A stretch of DNA of 32,000 nt from Methanococcus maripaludis (GCF_002945325.1 NZ_CP026606.1:1590001-1622000); one strand, 5' to 3'. Numbered from the stretch's first letter, positions 1-9,381 are shown. Notes: generated by a model from the letters alone, not told the origin. A program made the numbers and translations.

Positions 1-13
1 TAACATGAAATAA

Positions 14-325
14 TTATTTTTTAAAATTTTCATGTTTATTTTCAAGTTCCGAAAGTAAAAATTTAACCCTGTTTTCCAGTTTTTCATAACTTTTTGAGAT
101 ATCCCTATATTTTTCATAGAGTTCATTTAATTTGTGATGTAAGTATTCAAGTTCTACGTTTTTTTGACTTATTTCATTTTTTAACTGGCTATTTACGTAA
201 ATTTCATGCCTGTATTTTGCTTCAAGTGCAATATATGACTTTTTAGATTCAATATATATTTTTTTAATATCTTCATATTTATCTCTTGAAACGGTTTCCT
301 GCTTTTTCTTTCGGATGTTAAACAT
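14..325 (-). CDS. Hypothetical small coiled-coil protein (103 aa)
   Basis: ATG at 325, 12 nt after the sucC stop. The sequence is K/E-rich and looks heptad-like (KYEDIKKIYIESKK...LNELYEKYRDISKSYEKLENRVKFLLSELENK). I recognise no catalytic motif. Confidence 0.45.
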   Translation of the reverse strand: MFNIRKKKQETVSRDKYEDIKKIYIESKKSYIALEAKYRHEIYVNSQLKNEISQKNVELEYLHHKLNELYEKYRDISKSYEKLENRVKFLLSELENKHENFKK

Positions 326-337
326 TGAAAATCACGT

Positions 338-1426
338 TTAACTATTTATTAATCCAGTAAGTGCTTTTGCAGCCCCTTCCATCGAGCTTTCGAAGCTTAT
401 TCCGTTTTCAGATAATATTTTTCTTCCTTCTTCTTCATTTGTTCCCATCATCCTAACAGCAAACTTAAGATTTGGATTTTCTTTTAAAACATCTACAATT
501 CCCATCGAAACTTCATCACACCTTGTAATTCCGCCAAGAATGTTTATGAATGCCCCTTTAACGTTTTTCCGGGATGTTGCTTTTAAAAGTGCTTTTTTTA
601 CAGTTTCCCTATTTGAACCACCGCCAACATCTAAGAAACATGCAGGGTTTCCGCCAAATTCTTTTACAATGTCCATGCTTGCAAGGGTGAGTCCTGCACC
701 GTTTCCAATAACTGCAATGTCTCCATCAAGTTCAACATATGCAAATTCGGATTTTTCCTGTTTATTAAATTCTTCAAATTTCTCGTAGTTATGTCTAAAG
801 TATGCATCGTCGTCAATATTCAAAACCGCATCAGCAGCAATGATTTTTCCATCTTCAGTAAATACAAGCGGGTTTATTTCGGCTAAAATTCCATCCATGT
901 CTTTGAATGCTTTATAAACTTTGCATAATACATCTGCTACTTTTGGAATTTCCTGGCTTGGAATGCCTGCTTTTTTAAGCATACCTCTTGCAAGGTATGG
1001 TAAAAATTCTTTTTCAGGGTTTAATGATAATTTTATTATTTTTTCGGGAGTTTTCGAAGATACTTCTTCGATATCTACTCCGCCTTCTGTTGAAAATATA
1101 ACAACATTGTTTTTTTCGTTTCTATTAACAACAACGCCAACATAATACTCTTTTGCAATTTTTATCTGCTCTTCAAGGAGTACTTTTTCAACAAGTTCTC
1201 CTTTTACCGTGTTTCCAATTAATGATTCAATTTTTTCGTTTGCATCATCGACATTATCTGCAAATAAGATTCCGCCAGCTTTACCTCTTCCACCAACTAA
1301 AACTTGCGCTTTTATGACAACAGGATAGTCGATGCTTTCAACTTTTCCACATACAAGTTTATTTTTTGGAATAGGGATATTATTTTCTTTAAAAATTTCC
1401 TTTGCTTCGTATTCGTGTAATTTCAT
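338..1426 (-). CDS. sucC: Succinyl-CoA synthetase (ADP-forming) beta subunit, ATP-grasp family
   Basis: N-terminus MKLHEYEAKEIF, then VVIKAQVLVGGRGKAGGI and GNGAGLTLASMD, all typical of SucC. The ORF-track start at 1438 is TTG. The ATG at 1426 has GGTGAT about 4 nt upstream and matches the canonical MKLHEY start. Confidence 0.9.
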   Translation of the reverse strand: MKLHEYEAKEIFKENNIPIPKNKLVCGKVESIDYPVVIKAQVLVGGRGKAGGILFADNVDDANEKIESLIGNTVKGELVEKVLLEEQIKIAKEYYVGVVVNRNEKNNVVIFSTEGGVDIEEVSSKTPEKIIKLSLNPEKEFLPYLARGMLKKAGIPSQEIPKVADVLCKVYKAFKDMDGILAEINPLVFTEDGKIIAADAVLNIDDDAYFRHNYEKFEEFNKQEKSEFAYVELDGDIAVIGNGAGLTLASMDIVKEFGGNPACFLDVGGGSNRETVKKALLKATSRKNVKGAFINILGGITRCDEVSMGIVDVLKENPNLKFAVRMMGTNEEEGRKILSENGISFESSMEGAAKALTGLINS

Positions 1427-1483
1427 AAAAATCACCAACAGTTCTCATGATAATAGTTACTGAAAATATAAAAAAACTAGGGT

Positions 1484-1930
1484 TTATTTTGAGATTATAA
1501 TTGAATTAATGAATTTTTCGCAGTATTCGCACCTGATTTTTAACGTGTTTTTCTGTTCGATTGAGAATCTGCTTTCGATATTTTCTTTATTCGTGATGCA
1601 GTTTGGATTGGTGCATTTGATTATTCCGTCAATTCTTTTTGGAATGTCTACTTTAAATTTTTTTATGACTTTTCCTTCTTTTATGATGTTTATCGTTGCA
1701 TCTGGTGAAATTAACGCAATTTTGTTTACATCGTCTTTTGAGAGTTCAAGCCCTTCAATTTTTAAAATATCTTTTGTAACGCCTTTTTTTGACGGCACGT
1801 TTAGTGCAAGTGTTATTGGGAGTTTTTCTTCGATATTTAGTATTTTATAGACTTTCAGTGCTTTTGATCCACTGATATGGTCGATAACAGTTCCGTTTTC
1901 AATGGGTTTTACTTTGAGTTCCCGTTTCAT
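1484..1930 (-). CDS. pyrI: Aspartate carbamoyltransferase regulatory chain
   Basis: KVKPIENGTVIDHI N-terminal motif. C-terminal zinc domain with four Cys (CTNPNC...CEYC). GGTGA lies 4 nt upstream of the ATG at 1930. Confidence 0.92.
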   Translation of the reverse strand: MKRELKVKPIENGTVIDHISGSKALKVYKILNIEEKLPITLALNVPSKKGVTKDILKIEGLELSKDDVNKIALISPDATINIIKEGKVIKKFKVDIPKRIDGIIKCTNPNCITNKENIESRFSIEQKNTLKIRCEYCEKFINSIIISK

Positions 1931-1980
1931 GACTTCACCAGATTTTTTTATGTAATCTATTAAAAAACTGTTTTAAATCA

Positions 1981-2625
1981 TTACTGTTTTTCAATATATT
2001 TTATAATTTCTTCGAGCATTTCAAAGGCATCGTTTCTTTTTATATCTGGCTGATTTTTTAAAAATTTTTCCAAAACTTCCCGTTTTTCTCCAGAAATTCC
2101 TGATTTTTCAATAACATTTTCAAATGTTCTAAGTGGGTAATATAATTCTTTTCCCGAAGTAATCAATCGTTTTAAATCATTTTCATCGATTATTTTTTCA
2201 TTCAATGCATTATTGATCATTTCTCTAAAGCTGATCATCGAAAATGTGATCTGATTTAAATTATCATCAAATGTAACTGCAACTTCGTCATCATCTGTGA
2301 TTATTCCGTTTTTATATAAATTATAAACCGAGCCAACTCCAATCATGCCGCATGTATCAAGTTCTGAAGCTCTTAATGCGCCCATTGAACCTGCACCAAA
2401 TACTGTAATATTATTTTCAATAACCTTTAAAATTTCCCGATGAGCAACAGCAGTACTTTGCAGGAAGCAACCATCGATTATTCCGATTATATCATAATCA
2501 AAGATTTTTTCAGACGTTAAATCCCCACGTTTTATTGGCGGAAATATATCGACATCAAAATTTTCCAGTTTTTTTCTTATTTCGTCTTCTTTAATAGTTA
2601 GTTTGGAAAAAATAGCTATTTTCAT
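1981..2625 (-). CDS. tfuA: TfuA-like protein
   Basis: TfuA domain hallmarks: PPIKRGDL, IIDGCF...AVAHREIL, FGAGSMGALRASEL, GMIGVG, DDDEVAV. The ATG at 2625-2623 overlaps the upstream TGA as ATGA. The ORF-track start at 2640 is TTG. Confidence 0.85.
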   Translation of the reverse strand: MKIAIFSKLTIKEDEIRKKLENFDVDIFPPIKRGDLTSEKIFDYDIIGIIDGCFLQSTAVAHREILKVIENNITVFGAGSMGALRASELDTCGMIGVGSVYNLYKNGIITDDDEVAVTFDDNLNQITFSMISFREMINNALNEKIIDENDLKRLITSGKELYYPLRTFENVIEKSGISGEKREVLEKFLKNQPDIKRNDAFEMLEEIIKYIEKQ

Positions 2626-3197
2626 TCGATAGACCCCCAAAGTGACTCAAAATATTCTTTTTCAATTTTAAGAACGTCTTCATTAGATACTGCAATTGCT
2701 GATTCTTTATTTTCAAAAAGGGCTTTATCAGTCCAGTTATGGCTTCCAACAATAACTGTATCATCAACTATCATTAATTTATTATGTGTTTTTTTAGAAT
2801 CATGGAATTTTACCAGAATATGCTGGCTTGAAAGTTTGCTCTGGGCTAAAATATTTGATCCGACTTCTTCTTCAAGAATTACACGAACCATTACCCCTCG
2901 TTTTCTTGCGTTTGTGAGTTCATCAATTAATTCGGAAATCTTTGGATTTAAGTATATCGAAAACATGATAATGTTAATTTCTTTTTTAGCATATTTGATT
3001 TTGTTTAAAACATAATAATAGTATTTTTCGTCATTTAATACTTCAATCCGGTCTTCTGGGCAGGTTAAACTCCTTGAATATTCAAAGTTACTTTTTACAA
3101 TTTTTAACAATTTTACAATTGTGAAAAATAAGATTGCGAGGATTATCGTGTTTATAATTGTCAAATATCCACATATATTGATTAAATCAAACTCCAT
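2622..3197 (-). CDS. Membrane-anchored single-HKD phospholipase D / Nuc-family protein
   Basis: One HxK(x)4D motif with its flanking GS.N.T..A...N.E signature (HNKLMIVDDTVIVGSHNWTDKALFENKESAIAV). N-terminal hydrophobic helix (ICGYLTIINTIILAILFFTIV). The ATG at 3197 has GAGGAT 4 nt upstream. The longer TTG start at 3266 is less likely. Confidence 0.75.
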   Translation of the reverse strand: MEFDLINICGYLTIINTIILAILFFTIVKLLKIVKSNFEYSRSLTCPEDRIEVLNDEKYYYYVLNKIKYAKKEINIIMFSIYLNPKISELIDELTNARKRGVMVRVILEEEVGSNILAQSKLSSQHILVKFHDSKKTHNKLMIVDDTVIVGSHNWTDKALFENKESAIAVSNEDVLKIEKEYFESLWGSIE

Positions 3198-3353
3198 TTT
3201 AATCCTCTTAATGCTTTCTTTAAATCCCGTTTTTGGAAAAAATACAAAACTTATTTTAAAAAACAATATATTTTTAAACTTGATACTATTAAATAATTTT
3301 GAATCATGATTTATTTAATCACATGACTGATTTTGAATGACTTGGTGGTTAGT

Positions 3354-4541
3354 ATGAGTACTTTAGAAAAAGAACAGATTATTTCAGATGAAAAAAAATA
3401 TGTTATAAACACATACGGCCGAGTTCCAGTAGTTCTTGTAAAAGGAAATGGAATGAGCGTGTTTGATACTGATGGAAAAGAATATCTTGATTTTCTTGCA
3501 GGAATTGGGGTAAATAACGTTGGGCACTGCCACCCTAAAGTTGTTGAAGCTATTAAAAATCAGGCAGAAACTCTAATTCACGTTTCAAACATATACTACA
3601 ATGTTCCACAAATCGAGTTAGCAAAAAAACTCGTGAAGTTAAGCGGACTTGATAAAGCATTTTTCTGTAACAGCGGTGCAGAAGCAAATGAGGCTGCAAT
3701 AAAGCTTGCAAGAAAATATGCTAAAGCAAACGGTAAGGAAGGAGAAATTATTACAATGGAACATGCTTTCCACGGAAGAACCCTTACTACAATTACTGCA
3801 ACTCCTAAAGCAAAATATCAGGAAGGATTTGAACCACTGCCAACAGGTTTTAAATACATTCCATTTAACGATATCGAAGCATTAAAAGCGGGAATTTCCG
3901 AAAAAACTTCTGCAATAATGATTGAACCTGTTCAGGGGGAGGGTGGAATTCACCCTGCAGATAAAGAATATCTAAAAGCAGTTCGAAAACTATGTGATGA
4001 AAACAATATCGTTTTAATTTTTGATGAAGTTCAGTGTGGAATGGGAAGAACTGGAACTGTATTTGCATACGAACAATACGGAGTAATTCCTGATATTGTA
4101 ACACTTGCAAAAGGTCTTGGTGGCGGATTTCCAATAGGTGCAATGGTCGCAAAAAGCGAAATTGCAAGCGCATTTACTCCCGGAAGTCACGGAACTACCT
4201 TTGGTGGAAATCCTTTAGCATGTGCTTCATCAGCAGCTGCACTCGATGTAATTTCAGAACTTTTAGATAATGCTGTTGAAATGGGTGAATACTTCAAAAA
4301 CAGCTTAAAAACACTGGAAGAAAAATATGAATTCGTAAAAGAAGTAAGGTCCTTAGGATTAATGGTTGGAGTTGAATTAACGTTCAACGGGTCAGACATA
4401 GTTTCAAAAATGTTTGAAAAAGGATTTTTAATAAACTGTACTTCTGATACCGTTTTAAGGTTTTTACCTCCGCTAATAGTTGAAAAGGAGCACATAGATG
4501 CAATGATTTCGGCTCTTGACGAAGTATTTTCCGAAATTTAA
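3354..4541 (+). CDS. argD: Acetylornithine aminotransferase (class III PLP aminotransferase)
   Basis: TYGRVPVVLVKGNG, FLAGIGVNNVGHCHP, FCNSGAEANEAAIKLARK, FDEVQCGMGRTG and TLAKGLGGGFP (PLP lysine). The ATG at 3354 is preceded by GGTGG. The ORF-track start at 3333 is TTG. Confidence 0.9.
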   Translation: MSTLEKEQIISDEKKYVINTYGRVPVVLVKGNGMSVFDTDGKEYLDFLAGIGVNNVGHCHPKVVEAIKNQAETLIHVSNIYYNVPQIELAKKLVKLSGLDKAFFCNSGAEANEAAIKLARKYAKANGKEGEIITMEHAFHGRTLTTITATPKAKYQEGFEPLPTGFKYIPFNDIEALKAGISEKTSAIMIEPVQGEGGIHPADKEYLKAVRKLCDENNIVLIFDEVQCGMGRTGTVFAYEQYGVIPDIVTLAKGLGGGFPIGAMVAKSEIASAFTPGSHGTTFGGNPLACASSAAALDVISELLDNAVEMGEYFKNSLKTLEEKYEFVKEVRSLGLMVGVELTFNGSDIVSKMFEKGFLINCTSDTVLRFLPPLIVEKEHIDAMISALDEVFSEI

Positions 4542-4542
4542 C

Positions 4543-4590
4543 TTTTTCTTTTTTTAATTCTGTTGTAATGTCTAGTACTAAACGACATTA
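4543..4590 (+). terminator. Oligo-T tracts and a hairpin downstream of argD
   Basis: T5 (4543-4547) and T7 (4549-4555) lie directly after the argD stop. They are followed by a 7-bp inverted repeat, TAATGTC (4566-4572) / GACATTA (4584-4590). Archaeal termination is known to use oligo-T. Confidence 0.4.
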
Positions 4591-4757
4591 AGGCAGATTT
4601 GATCAAAAATGTTTTTTCAATGTTAGTTGGCCTTACAAAAACTTTATATTGCACGTTTATGAAATATATAATTAGGTCTTTTGAAGTGGGGGAGCTTTAA
4701 ATGGCTATTTTATATTGGGTTAAATTTTCAATATACAGTTGAGAGTGGGGCGATATA

Positions 4758-5165
4758 GTGAATAGCATAGAAAATGTAGACCAAAAATTAATCGAAAACC
4801 TTGCAAATTTAATGTCAAGCGAAGTTCGAGCAAAAATCTACATATATTTAAGGAAGTACAATAAAAGTACAGTTGATGAAATTGCAGGTGGAACTGGAAT
4901 ATATCCGTCAACAGTTCGTGAATCGATACTCGATATGTATAATACAGGATATGTTTCACGAGAAAAAATGGATAAAGAAGGTCTTGGTAAAAAGCCGTAC
5001 CTTTATACTGCAGCAGCGCCTTCATACATCGTTAAAAAAATTTCAAAAAATATTCAGGAAAAATTAAATGATTTGATAATGGTTGATAAAAGGCTTGAAT
5101 CAAAAGAACTTAAAATACCGTTCGTTCCTGTACGAATTGTAGTTGATGAAAAATATAATGATTAA
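4758..5165 (+). CDS. Small winged-helix-turn-helix transcriptional regulator (ArsR/TrmB-like)
   Basis: SSEVRAKIYIYLRKYNKSTVDEIAGGTGIYPSTVRESILDMYNTGYVSREK reads as helix-turn-helix plus wing. GTG start with GTGGGG 8 nt upstream. The start codon is uncertain. Confidence 0.6.
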   Translation: MNSIENVDQKLIENLANLMSSEVRAKIYIYLRKYNKSTVDEIAGGTGIYPSTVRESILDMYNTGYVSREKMDKEGLGKKPYLYTAAAPSYIVKKISKNIQEKLNDLIMVDKRLESKELKIPFVPVRIVVDEKYND

Positions 5166-5863
5166 TTTTCCAACTTTTTTGTAGTTTTATTCAATAATTT
5201 ATCAAATTCTTCTTCTTTTAAGCGTTCTCCGGTAATCATAAATGCAACTCTATCACCAATACTTCCACACAAATTTCCAACCCGTTCAAGGTATGTTCCA
5301 ACAACCAAGAAATCGGTAGCTTCACTAATTATTTTTGGATTCTCAATCATTTTAAGTGTCATATCCCTGCAAAGTACTTTGTATAGTTCGTCAATTTTAC
5401 TATCTTCACGGTATGTTTTTTTTGCAAGTTCCAAATCCCGATTTCCAAATGACAAAATTGAATTTTTTAGCATGTTTTCAAGAATTTCATCCATAATTGT
5501 TAAAATACTCCCGTTTTTTGATCTGAGAATGTTCTGTTCTGAATTAATGGTTATTTTTGCAATTCTTGAAGCCATATCTCCAACTTTTTCAAGTTTTGAT
5601 ATAATTTTAATCATCGTAATAATTTCCCTTAAATCGCTTGCAACAGGCTGCTGTCTGGCCATAAATGAAATGCACTTTTCTTCAATTTCCATTTCCATTA
5701 AATCGATTTCATCGTCCCAGTCCCTAACAACTTTTGCAAGTTCGATATCATTAGTTATAAATGCGGTTATGGAATTTTTTAGTGATTTTACACACATTTC
5801 AGACATTTTATTAATCATATCTTCAATTTCTTTCATTTGATCGGAAAATGCATTTCTAACCAT
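5162..5863 (-). CDS. phoU: Phosphate transport system regulatory protein PhoU
   Basis: Two PhoU-type helical repeats (DDEID...E and REDSKIDELY). It sits directly downstream of pstB. The ATG at 5863 has GGTGG upstream. The ORF-track start at 5875 is TTG. Confidence 0.88.
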   Translation of the reverse strand: MVRNAFSDQMKEIEDMINKMSEMCVKSLKNSITAFITNDIELAKVVRDWDDEIDLMEMEIEEKCISFMARQQPVASDLREIITMIKIISKLEKVGDMASRIAKITINSEQNILRSKNGSILTIMDEILENMLKNSILSFGNRDLELAKKTYREDSKIDELYKVLCRDMTLKMIENPKIISEATDFLVVGTYLERVGNLCGSIGDRVAFMITGERLKEEEFDKLLNKTTKKLEN

Positions 5864-5919
5864 TTTTACCACCAAATATCTTCAATTTTCTAATTTTTTC
5901 AATTTTAATTTTTAATCTA

Positions 5920-6675
5920 TTATCCGAATCTTCCGCTAATGTAGTCTTCAGTTTTTTTATTTTCGGGTTCAACAAATAATTTATCAGTTTTATTAAATTC
6001 TACCAAATCTCCAAGCATGAAAAATCCAGTGTAGTCTGAAACACGGCTTGCCTGCTGCATATTGTGAGTTACAATTACTATTGAATATTCTTTTTTTAAT
6101 TCAACCATTAAATCTTCAATTTTAAGCGTTGAAATTGGGTCCAGTGCTGAACACGGCTCATCCATTAGTATTACATCAGGTTTTACCGCAATGGTTCTTG
6201 CAATGCATAATCTCTGTTGTTGGCCTCCTGAAAGTTTTATTGCAGATTTTTTCAGGTCGTCTTTTACATCATCCCACAGTGCAGATTTTTTCAGTGCCCA
6301 TTCAACGATTTCATCGAGCTGTTTTTTTTCTTTAATCCCGTGGATTCTTGGGCCGTATGCAATATTGTCATAAATACTCATTGGAAATGGGTTTGGTTTT
6401 TGAAATACCATTCCAACTCTTTTTCTAAGCTCAACAACGTCAATATCTTTGTCGTAAATATTTTTTTCATCGAGAGTTATTGTTCCAGTAACTTTAACTC
6501 CCGAAATTAGATCATTCATCCTGTTGAGGCATCTTAAGAATGTAGATTTTCCACAGCCACTTGGACCGATCAGTGCTGTGATTTTATTTTCATAAATTGG
6601 CAGATTTATATCATTTAACGCCTTTTTTTCGCCATACCAAAAATTCACATCTTTTGAGTTCATTTTGATTTTCAT
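5920..6675 (-). CDS. pstB: Phosphate ABC transporter ATP-binding protein
   Basis: Walker [13 protein letters not shown] signature LSGGQQQR, Walker B ILMDEP, and a PstB-typical C-terminus YISGRFG. Confidence 0.95.
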   Translation of the reverse strand: MKIKMNSKDVNFWYGEKKALNDINLPIYENKITALIGPSGCGKSTFLRCLNRMNDLISGVKVTGTITLDEKNIYDKDIDVVELRKRVGMVFQKPNPFPMSIYDNIAYGPRIHGIKEKKQLDEIVEWALKKSALWDDVKDDLKKSAIKLSGGQQQRLCIARTIAVKPDVILMDEPCSALDPISTLKIEDLMVELKKEYSIVIVTHNMQQASRVSDYTGFFMLGDLVEFNKTDKLFVEPENKKTEDYISGRFG

Positions 6676-6694
6676 AAGTTACACCAAATTTTAA

Positions 6695-7561
6695 TTAGCT
6701 CTGCATGAGTTTGAATCTATTTTTAACGACATTTGCAATTGTAAATAATACAAACATGATTGCAATCAGGACAAGTGCAATTCCATAAGCCATTTTAAGT
6801 TCTTCTGCATTAGAATATTCGGTTGAAAGCACATATAAACTAAATGATAGTGTTTCAACCCTATTAAATAATCCAATTCCAAATGAAAATGCAGTAGCAG
6901 CGGTAAACATGATTGCAGCAGTTTCTTCTGCACTTCTTCCCATTGCAAGGATAATTCCCGTAATCATCTGGGGGAGAGCTGAAGGAATTACTACTTTTTT
7001 AATCGTCTGCCATTTTGTAGCACCGAGTGCAAGACTTCCTTCTCTAAGTCCGGGTGCAACTGATTTTAAACCTTCTTCTGTTGCCCGCATTATAATTGGA
7101 AGAACCATGAACGATAACGTAAGTCCTCCGATTAATAGTGATGGGCCAACTGTCTTTATTGCAAGAGCATACCCGAAAATTCCAAATACAATTGAAGGAA
7201 GCCCTGCAAGGCTGTCTGATGAAAATCTAACTGCCTGTGTTAATTTATTGTCCGAAGCATATTCATGAAGATATATTGCACCCAAAACTCCGAAAGGAAT
7301 AGCTAATAGAATTGAAAGGACAACTAGTGCAATAGTTCCAATTATTGAATTCCAGATTCCATCAAATGATCTTTCAACTCCCAAAATCACGTTTATGGGG
7401 TTTGCATCACCAAAGAAAAATTCCATGTTTATTGCGCCGATTCCGTTAATGAAGACGTAACCAACAATTGTGAACAGGATACCAACTACAATAAATGCAA
7501 ACAGGTAAAAAATACCAAATACGATGTTTTCTTCAATTTTGGCTTTTTTGGAGTTATTCAA
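6695..7561 (-). CDS. pstA: Phosphate ABC transporter permease PstA
   Basis: Polytopic permease with an EAA-loop-like EGSLALGATKWQTIKKVVIP. TTG start at 7561 with GGTGGA 3 nt upstream. Confidence 0.9.
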   Translation of the reverse strand: MNNSKKAKIEENIVFGIFYLFAFIVVGILFTIVGYVFINGIGAINMEFFFGDANPINVILGVERSFDGIWNSIIGTIALVVLSILLAIPFGVLGAIYLHEYASDNKLTQAVRFSSDSLAGLPSIVFGIFGYALAIKTVGPSLLIGGLTLSFMVLPIIMRATEEGLKSVAPGLREGSLALGATKWQTIKKVVIPSALPQMITGIILAMGRSAEETAAIMFTAATAFSFGIGLFNRVETLSFSLYVLSTEYSNAEELKMAYGIALVLIAIMFVLFTIANVVKNRFKLMQS

Positions 7562-7573
7562 ATTTCCACCTTG

Positions 7574-8449
7574 TTAGTCCCATTTTATTTTGTATTTTTT
7601 ATTGATATAATGTGATATTAAATTGAGTGAAAGAACCATTACAAAGAGTACGAGCCCTGTTGCAAACATTGCATAATAAATCGGGCTTCCTGAAGCTGCT
7701 TCTTTTATATTTAATATAATATGTGATGTTAATGGCCTTACTGGATCGAAAATCGATTTTGGAATGAGCGGCCAGTTTCCAGCAACCATTAAAACTGCCA
7801 TCGTTTCTCCAATGGCTCTACCCATCCCCAAAATAACTCCTGAGAGTATCCCGCTGAGGGACGCTGGAAGAACTACCTTTTTTATAGTCTGCCACCGTGT
7901 AGCGCCCATTGCAAGACTACCCTCTTTTAATTGTTGTGGAACTGAATTTATTGCATCTTCGGAAAGTACTGTAATTGTTGGAACTATCATTATTCCAAGG
8001 ATTATTGATGCAGCAAGCCAGCTGTATCCCGGATTTGTATTAAAAACATCTCTAATTAGTGGAACAAGTAAGACCATACCAACAAAACCATAAACTACTG
8101 AGGGAATTGCAGTTAAAATTTCAATTGAAGGTCTTAATATATTCTGAACTTTTTTTGGTGCAAGTTCTGCTAAAAATATGGCGCATCCAACTCCTAACGG
8201 GACTGAAAATACAAGTGCAAGTATTGTTACTAAAAATGAGCCGACAATCATTGGAAATATTCCGTAAGCGTCATAATTTGGTGACCAGTCAAGTCCCAAT
8301 ACGAAATCAAACGGACTTACAGCTGAAAATACTGGAAGACTACTAATTATTAAAAACAAAACCATTGCAAATATAATTACGCTTGATAAGAGTGCACTCA
8401 GTTTTAATATATTTTCAAGGACTGATTCGCCAATATTTTTTTTATGCAT
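7574..8449 (-). CDS. pstC: Phosphate ABC transporter permease PstC
   Basis: Polytopic permease with EGSLAMGATRWQTIKKVVLP. ATG with GGTGA 6 nt upstream. Confidence 0.9.
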   Translation of the reverse strand: MHKKNIGESVLENILKLSALLSSVIIFAMVLFLIISSLPVFSAVSPFDFVLGLDWSPNYDAYGIFPMIVGSFLVTILALVFSVPLGVGCAIFLAELAPKKVQNILRPSIEILTAIPSVVYGFVGMVLLVPLIRDVFNTNPGYSWLAASIILGIMIVPTITVLSEDAINSVPQQLKEGSLAMGATRWQTIKKVVLPASLSGILSGVILGMGRAIGETMAVLMVAGNWPLIPKSIFDPVRPLTSHIILNIKEAASGSPIYYAMFATGLVLFVMVLSLNLISHYINKKYKIKWD

Positions 8450-8529
8450 CCTGTTTCACCATAACTGTAAATTGAAAAGATTAATAAAAATTTTTTAAAA
8501 AAATAATTGGAAATTAAATAATTAAAATA

Positions 8530-9381
8530 TTAGTTTACTTGGATATATCCTTCTTCTGCAACGATTTTTTGACCTTCTGAACTTAATAAAAAGTCAATAA
8601 ATGCTTTAACTTCTTGTGAAGGTTCACCGTTTGTAATAACATTTAGTGTTCTTGAAACTTTGTATGTTCCGGAAATTACATTGGCTTCAGTAGGAATTAC
8701 TCCTTCGTATTCGCAACCTTTAACTGACGAGTCAAGGTATCCAATTGAAAGGTATCCAATTCCATTAACGTCCGCTTTAACTGATGATTTCATTGCACCG
8801 TTTGAAGCAACAACAACTGCTTTTTTAGTAATATTTCCTTTATTCAGTGCTTTTTCAAAGAATACTTCTCTTGTGCCGCTTTCTTCGTCTCTTGTGTAGA
8901 CTGTAATTGGTGCATCGTTTCCACCAACTTCATTCCAGTTTGTAATTTCTCCAGAGTATATCGCGATAACTTGTTCTTGTGTTAAACTTGAAACTGGGTT
9001 TTCTGGCTGTACTATAATTGCAACACCGTCTTTTGCAATTCCAAATACTTGTAATGATGGATATATTTCAAATTCTGAGGATTTTACATCTCTTGAAGCC
9101 ATTCCGATGTCATTTAAATTTTCACCGGCTTCTTTAACTCCAAGGCCCGAACCTCCGCCGGTAACTTCAATCATGTAGTTTTTATTTGCAATCATGAATT
9201 GTTTTGCAGCTTCTTCTGCGATTGGTAGTACGGTAGTCGAGCCTGAAATTTTTAAACTAACTTTTTGAACTTCCACATTATCTGAGCCATTAGTACTTTC
9301 CGTGCATCCGCTCAATCCCACGATTAGGGCGATAAAGACTGCACCAATTAGAACACTTATATATTTTTTCAAAGGAGACAC
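8530..9381 (-). CDS. pstS: Phosphate-binding protein PstS, probable lipoprotein
   Basis: Signal/lipobox-like LIVGLSGC. PstS-like motifs SGSTTV, GGGSG and TRDEESGTR. The start is either GTG at 9381 or TTG at 9372 (GGGAGGTG upstream). Confidence 0.88.
   Translation of the reverse strand: MSPLKKYISVLIGAVFIALIVGLSGCTESTNGSDNVEVQKVSLKISGSTTVLPIAEEAAKQFMIANKNYMIEVTGGGSGLGVKEAGENLNDIGMASRDVKSSEFEIYPSLQVFGIAKDGVAIIVQPENPVSSLTQEQVIAIYSGEITNWNEVGGNDAPITVYTRDEESGTREVFFEKALNKGNITKKAVVVASNGAMKSSVKADVNGIGYLSIGYLDSSVKGCEYEGVIPTEANVISGTYKVSRTLNVITNGEPSQEVKAFIDFLLSSEGQKIVAEEGYIQVN

Noticed and set aside
540-1145. Plus-strand ORFs 540-788 and 921-1145. The same applies to antisense ORFs at 1509-1850, 3865-4495, 4720-5025, 5379-5840, 6129-6373, 6909-7268, 7764-8346, 8660-8899, 9779-10900, 11393-11629, 12521-13326, 14025-14222, 17469-17693, 19729-20221, 22229-22856, 23479-23706, 24090-24523, 25268-25501, 26391-26591, 27941-28279, 28496-28975, 29114-29498, 29816-30388 and 31660-31878.
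   Set aside because: All lie fully inside, or antisense to, strongly supported conserved genes. They have low-complexity or S/F/L-rich translations typical of shadow frames, and they lack SD-like motifs.
338-1930. sucC is not followed by sucD, and pyrI has no adjacent pyrB. These could be broken operons.
   Set aside because: From memory, dispersal of sucC/sucD and of pyrB/pyrI is the normal state in Methanococcales genomes. Both genes are intact. This is not evidence of rearrangement.
4701-4757. A 13-codon uORF (MAILYWVKFSIYS, 4701-4742) with GGGGGAG 7 nt upstream. It is in frame with the wHTH gene and separated from it by a TGA. This could be read as a selenocysteine codon in a Sec-using methanogen, or as a leader peptide.
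   Set aside because: A Sec reading is unsupported. wHTH regulators are not known selenoproteins. Archaeal SECIS elements sit in 3' UTRs, and this gene has none because its stop is interlocked with phoU. A second SD-like GTGGGG precedes the GTG at 4758. A candidate TATA (4709-4716) lies inside the uORF, so it may not even be transcribed. Sequence alone cannot separate a real leader peptide from chance.
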